This document shows, piece by piece, positions 61,433-64,000 of a DNA stretch of 64,000 bases. A program made the translations under genes and the position numbers. Origin of the DNA: a plasmid; sequence record NZ_AP019725.1, one strand, 5' to 3'. Position 1 is the first letter of the stretch. Each line of letters starts with the position of its first letter. Below the pieces are notes generated by a model. It did no database searches, was not told where the DNA came from, and saw only the letters and a list, made by a program, of their open reading frames with translations.

Positions 61433-61878
61433 CTTCCTTTTCTAAGCTGTCTCTTTATGTTATAAGTAAGAACACCCCATATCAGGTAGTTGTTCTCTTC
61501 AGTAATCTTTATGGGTGAATATTCCTCGTTGGCCGGTACGAGCCAGATACATTTCTCCTTATCGTCAAAGCGCACAGTCTTCAGCGTGAACTCTCCATCG
61601 ATGAAAGCCACAACGATGTCACCGTCCTGAGGCTCCAAGGCCTTGTCTATAACCAACAGGTCGCCATCATCAATACCACAGTCCTTCATTGAATCTCCGG
61701 AAGCACGGGCATAGAATGTTGTGGCCGGATGACGTATGAGTTCCCGGTTCAGGTCTATGCTGTCAGTCATGTAGTCCTGGGCCGGTGAAGGAAATCCAGC
61801 TCTCACACCTTGATCTGCAAACGGCAATGACAGTTCACTGCTCAGGTCAGCAGAATACATGGTAAGTTTTATGTTCAT
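61429..61878 (-). CDS. umuD: UmuD (LexA-like S24 peptidase accessory subunit)
   Basis: S24 motifs [21 protein letters not shown] (Ser) and ...KTV (Lys). Overlaps umuC by ATGA. Confidence 0.85.
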   Translation of the reverse strand: MNIKLTMYSADLSSELSLPFADQGVRAGFPSPAQDYMTDSIDLNRELIRHPATTFYARASGDSMKDCGIDDGDLLVIDKALEPQDGDIVVAFIDGEFTLKTVRFDDKEKCIWLVPANEEYSPIKITEENNYLIWGVLTYNIKRQLRKGR

Positions 61879-62159
61879 CCCAGTAGACCTTTCTCCAGCA
61901 TTTCCTTACGAAGAAGTTCTTTCTCAACCTCAGTCATATCAGCCAGTTTCAATCTGTGCGGATTCTGTATCTGATAAGCCTTGACATCATCAATCACATT
62001 CTGGAAGTCATACAGAAATTCGCGAGAAGCGCCATGCCTTCTGTAGATTTCAATGGCTGCTTCCAATACTTCTACTGTGCAGCTGTCATCGCCCTGAAAT
62101 ACGATAGCCGGTATATCATTTACGATGCATTTTCTTAATAAAGCAAGTTGATCTTTCAT
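61875..62159 (-). CDS. Hypothetical 94-aa protein, first gene of the umuDC operon
   Basis: Overlaps the umuD start by ATGA. Palindromic operator copy (c) lies immediately 5-prime of its start codon. Confidence 0.45.
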   Translation of the reverse strand: MKDQLALLRKCIVNDIPAIVFQGDDSCTVEVLEAAIEIYRRHGASREFLYDFQNVIDDVKAYQIQNPHRLKLADMTEVEKELLRKEMLEKGLLG

Positions 62160-62160
62160 A

Positions 62161-62185
62161 TTTTGATTATGTTACAAATTCAAAA
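62161..62185. promoter_or_regulatory. Palindromic operator-like site, copy (c): TTTTGATTATGT-T-ACAAATTCAAAA
   Basis: The 12-bp arms match with 2 mismatches. On the coding strand the site ends 1 nt before the ATG of the 94-aa ORF. Confidence 0.55.
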
Positions 62186-62286
62186 ATAACATAAAATAAT
62201 TTAGTTGTGTAATTTTATCCTAATCATACACAATCTACAGATAGTTGTGATACAGATAAATGGATAGTTGTATAAAACCGTCCATA

Positions 62287-62574
62287 TTAAATATTTTTCA
62301 ATTTACTTATTGAAGCAACAAACTCTTTGGCAGGTTTGAAAGCAGGTATATCATGTTCCGGCACAATTAATGTAGTGTTTCTGCAAATATTGCGAGCGGT
62401 TTTCTCTGCTCTATGCTTCAGGATAAAGCTGCCGAAGCCTCTTAGAAAGACAGGTTCCTGATTTGCCAATGAAGATTTTACTTCAGACATGAATGCCTCT
62501 ACTACTGTTAATGCTGTTGCGTAATCTATACCAGTAGAATAAGATATTTGTTTAACTAATTCAGATTTTGTCAT
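62287..62574 (-). CDS. HU-family DNA-binding protein
   Basis: MTKSELVKQIS...GFGSFILKHRAEKTARN...KPAKEF is the canonical HU/IHF fold sequence. Start at Met MTKSEL. Confidence 0.8.
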   Translation of the reverse strand: MTKSELVKQISYSTGIDYATALTVVEAFMSEVKSSLANQEPVFLRGFGSFILKHRAEKTARNICRNTTLIVPEHDIPAFKPAKEFVASISKLKNI

Positions 62575-62630
62575 ATAGCTATTTATAAAGGTTGATAATA
62601 AATACATTAAAATAGGCACAAAGATAATAA

Positions 62631-63584
62631 TTAGGAAGCATCAGATTTCAATAATGACAATTTTAAAGAGCCATCACACAACAAATCATAATATAAATAA
62701 AGCAACGGTTTTAAATAAGACCGGATAGCCGGAACCTGCAAATATATTTTCTTATTTACCATAACACACGAAAGCTTTTCATAACCGTTTGGTATATGCT
62801 TATTAAGCTGAGAGATAAAATTAATAATCTTTTGAGGAGTAGGCCAGTTCAAGAACTGAATGGTCACATTCATATCATCATAACTAACAGATAATTTATA
62901 AGAAAGATCTTGTGAGGTAACGAGAGAAGAAATAAGAAGCAGAGCCTCTAAATAATTGCTACCAGCCATTACTATTATATCTCTATCACAAGATATTTTT
63001 GACAAAACATAATCAATCAGCAAAGTTGAAGATGAAGAAAGCAAATATCCTGTTGAGTCTGGATCACCGGATTTATCCAGACCAAAGAACAAGACAGGAT
63101 CCCAGCAGATATATACAGAGCCAGACTTATCTGTGCGTATTGAAGCCAGGCACTGATTATCGTCAAACAAAAGTCTTGTATTTCCCTTAACTGGATCAAA
63201 TTGAAAAAGATTGCGATAGGCATTCAGTCCAGATTTATCCTGATGTATAGATTTGAGCAAATAGCCATGCAGTCCAAATACATGTTTTAGTTTCACATAT
63301 GTTTCTTTTGCCGAAACATCAAACAAATAATCTATTATTTGTTGTCTGCTGCAACGAACAGGCAGGGAAAACTCTTCGCAATCTTCCAATTCTTCTAAAT
63401 TAACCTTCAGTAATTCAGCCAGCATAATAACCGAAATATCCGTAAAACCGTATAATTCCATACAGCAAATTACGTTATTTTCATTACAATAAATGAGATA
63501 ACCCCTATTGTTGATTCTATAAAGGCGAAAAAAATCACCATACTCTACTGGAGTATATTCTTTGAAAAGCGACTGGAAATTCAT
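62631..63584 (-). CDS. Hypothetical protein, 317 aa
   Basis: Long ORF with no recognisable motif. Same strand as, and downstream of, the 64-aa ORF. Confidence 0.45.
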   Translation of the reverse strand: MNFQSLFKEYTPVEYGDFFRLYRINNRGYLIYCNENNVICCMELYGFTDISVIMLAELLKVNLEELEDCEEFSLPVRCSRQQIIDYLFDVSAKETYVKLKHVFGLHGYLLKSIHQDKSGLNAYRNLFQFDPVKGNTRLLFDDNQCLASIRTDKSGSVYICWDPVLFFGLDKSGDPDSTGYLLSSSSTLLIDYVLSKISCDRDIIVMAGSNYLEALLLISSLVTSQDLSYKLSVSYDDMNVTIQFLNWPTPQKIINFISQLNKHIPNGYEKLSCVMVNKKIYLQVPAIRSYLKPLLYLYYDLLCDGSLKLSLLKSDAS

Positions 63585-63595
63585 ATTTGATATTT

Positions 63596-63790
63596 TTAAA
63601 GTGACAAATCATTATTTTTATGTTTCTTTTTCCGTTTCAAAGGCGGAAGATCATCTTCTCTATTTTTCCTGCTACCGCCAGTAATATCAATATCCGGTAT
63701 AAAAGGAAGAGCAGAATGTGACATATACTCATTATCGCGTTCTAAAGACTCTCGCCACTCCCCTACCCTGTATATCGTGTTATCATGCAA
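63596..63790 (-). CDS. Hypothetical small protein, 64 aa, basic C-terminus
   Basis: ORF only; Lys/Arg-rich tail (PPLKRKKKHKNN). Confidence 0.2.
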   Translation of the reverse strand: MHDNTIYRVGEWRESLERDNEYMSHSALPFIPDIDITGGSRKNREDDLPPLKRKKKHKNNDLSL

Positions 63791-64000
63791 TAAAGGCTCT
63801 CTATCAAAATGGCTCTGTATATTAGCATAGGTAAATTTGCGAGATATATCGGAAGCCTTAAATTCAAATGGAATATACCTATCTTTGGCAACAAGAATCA
63901 GTTTGCCAGTGCTGCAAGTGTCAGCCCGGAACAGATAGGTAGAATAATAAAGTTGGAACGGGATTTTGGATATACATTAAAAAGAAATTTAAGATTGCCA

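Overview
This window reads as a Bacteroidales (Bacteroides/Phocaeicola-like) accessory region with four parts. (1) 1-4.3 kb: CTnDOT-type conjugative-transposon transfer genes (traJ C-terminus, traK, traM, traN, an M23 peptidase and small conjugation-module ORFs). (2) 4.3-12.4 kb: a mosaic holding a Listeria-Bacteroides-repeat lipoprotein, a PD-(D/E)XK nuclease next to a DUF4143-type AAA ATPase, degraded helicase and AbiEi/AbiEii fragments, several small unknown proteins and a RadC/JAB protein. (3) 12.4-57.4 kb: a large polysaccharide utilization locus (PUL) of the red-algal galactan (porphyran/agarose) type. It has three GH2, two GH117-like, three GH16 (ExDxxE), one GH86-like and one GH29 enzyme, three Ser-type sulfatases (one carrying an in-frame TAG), SusC/SusD/SGBP, and a 1368-aa hybrid two-component regulator. 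Embedded in it is a seven-gene 3,6-anhydro-L-galactose catabolic module (Zn-ADH, KduD-like SDR, ALDH, enolase-superfamily cycloisomerase, mutarotase, RhaT-like transporter, KdgK). An IS982 element (perfect 16-bp IRs, 7-bp TSD) is nested inside an IS630 transposase gene and ends 22 bp from the regulator start codon. (4) 57.9-64 kb: a second mobile-element module (Xis-like HTH, wHTH, cyclase, a 94-aa ORF-umuD-umuC operon with an in-frame TAA in umuC, HU, unknowns). The most unexpected signal is a 25-bp palindrome, TTTTGATTATGT-N-ACATAATCAAAA. It occurs three times, each just upstream of a minus-strand mobile-module gene: the umuDC operon, the Xis-like HTH gene and a 150-aa unknown. This is a candidate SOS-type or element-repressor operator. 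Overall the window matches the published picture of a porphyran PUL carried on an integrative conjugative element in gut Bacteroides, with extra layers of decay and IS activity.
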